DNA from: Bilabrum cf. latius | Lineage: Eukaryota | NCBI GenBank assembly: GCA_965178125.1 | Contig: OZ237747.1 | Coordinates: 496,001-560,000 of the forward strand | Direction of reading: 5' to 3' | DNA: 64,000 bases | Shown: positions 63,678 through 64,000 of the stretch, piece by piece | How the letters are laid out: each line of letters begins with the position of its first letter | How positions within the stretch are numbered: the stretch's first letter is position 1 | The notes under the pieces: generated by a model | The model's input: the letters and a program-made list of their open reading frames with translations, nothing else | Told to the model about the DNA's origin: nothing | The model's database searches: none | Made by a program: the position numbers and the translations under genes

Positions 63678-63980
63678 TCAAGTGCCACCCCGCTTCGTAG
63701 ATGTCAGTGTCCATGAGGGAACTTCCACACTCTTTATCCGATCAGTGTGAATGGCTGTAACACCCATGAATGGTTTGCTCTCTCGTTCCAACTGCACACT
63801 CTCGGTGCTTGGCTCGCTTTCTGAAACCTTCGATGCCGACTTGCCTCCAGACATCAAAGTGGTGCGAGCAAGCAAAATGTTGCTATCACCATCCACAGCG
63901 ATGAGATCCCCCTCCACAACACGCTCGTCCTCGAGCGTAAGGCGGACAGGCTCGCCCATCAAACGCTGCAGAAACAGCAT
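63678..63980 (-). CDS. Sm/LSm-fold protein, most like Naa38/LSMD1 (may start beyond the window edge)
   Basis: Sm1 VRLTLEDERVVEGDLIAVDGDSNILL and Sm2 FMGVTAIHTDRIKSVEV; ends TGA. Confidence 0.75.
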   Translation of the reverse strand: MLFLQRLMGEPVRLTLEDERVVEGDLIAVDGDSNILLARTTLMSGGKSASKVSESEPSTESVQLERESKPFMGVTAIHTDRIKSVEVPSWTLTSTKRGGT

Positions 63981-64000
63981 TTCCTGTCCTGACTTGGACA

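Noticed and set aside
1-64000. A region of mass pseudogenisation or a low-quality assembly
   Set aside because: Interruptions are exclusively TAG, frames never shift, catalytic motifs and splice sites are intact, and housekeeping genes are affected.

Overview
This is gene-dense, GC-rich, intron-poor nuclear DNA from a flagellated microbial eukaryote (it carries CFAP57, kinesin-13, syntaxin-18 and short GT-AG introns). The main result is a non-standard genetic code. The supplied ORF track is fragmented because in-frame TAG is a sense codon, most likely glutamine. More than 80 TAGs interrupt otherwise continuous frames, including inside conserved catalytic domains, while every gene end I traced stops at TAA or TGA. 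Read with TAG=Gln, the window resolves into 17 genes: an 8-TM microbial rhodopsin fused to a catalytically degenerate histidine kinase (runs off the left edge); the transposase of an intact pogo/Fot1-type DNA transposon with perfect 27-bp TIRs, itself using the recoded TAG 10 times; a class V PLP enzyme; RBM25-like; a ~2,720-aa ankyrin-start orphan; an APC permease; syntaxin-18; a DAG lipase; SLC12A9; kinesin-13; a RING-H2 protein; an expanded CFAP57; an ankyrin/CaaX protein lying between two ~290-bp duplicated segments; a GT4 glycosyltransferase; a membrane PAS protein; a Popeye/cNMP-binding protein; and an LSm protein. All family calls come from motif recognition by eye, not database searches.
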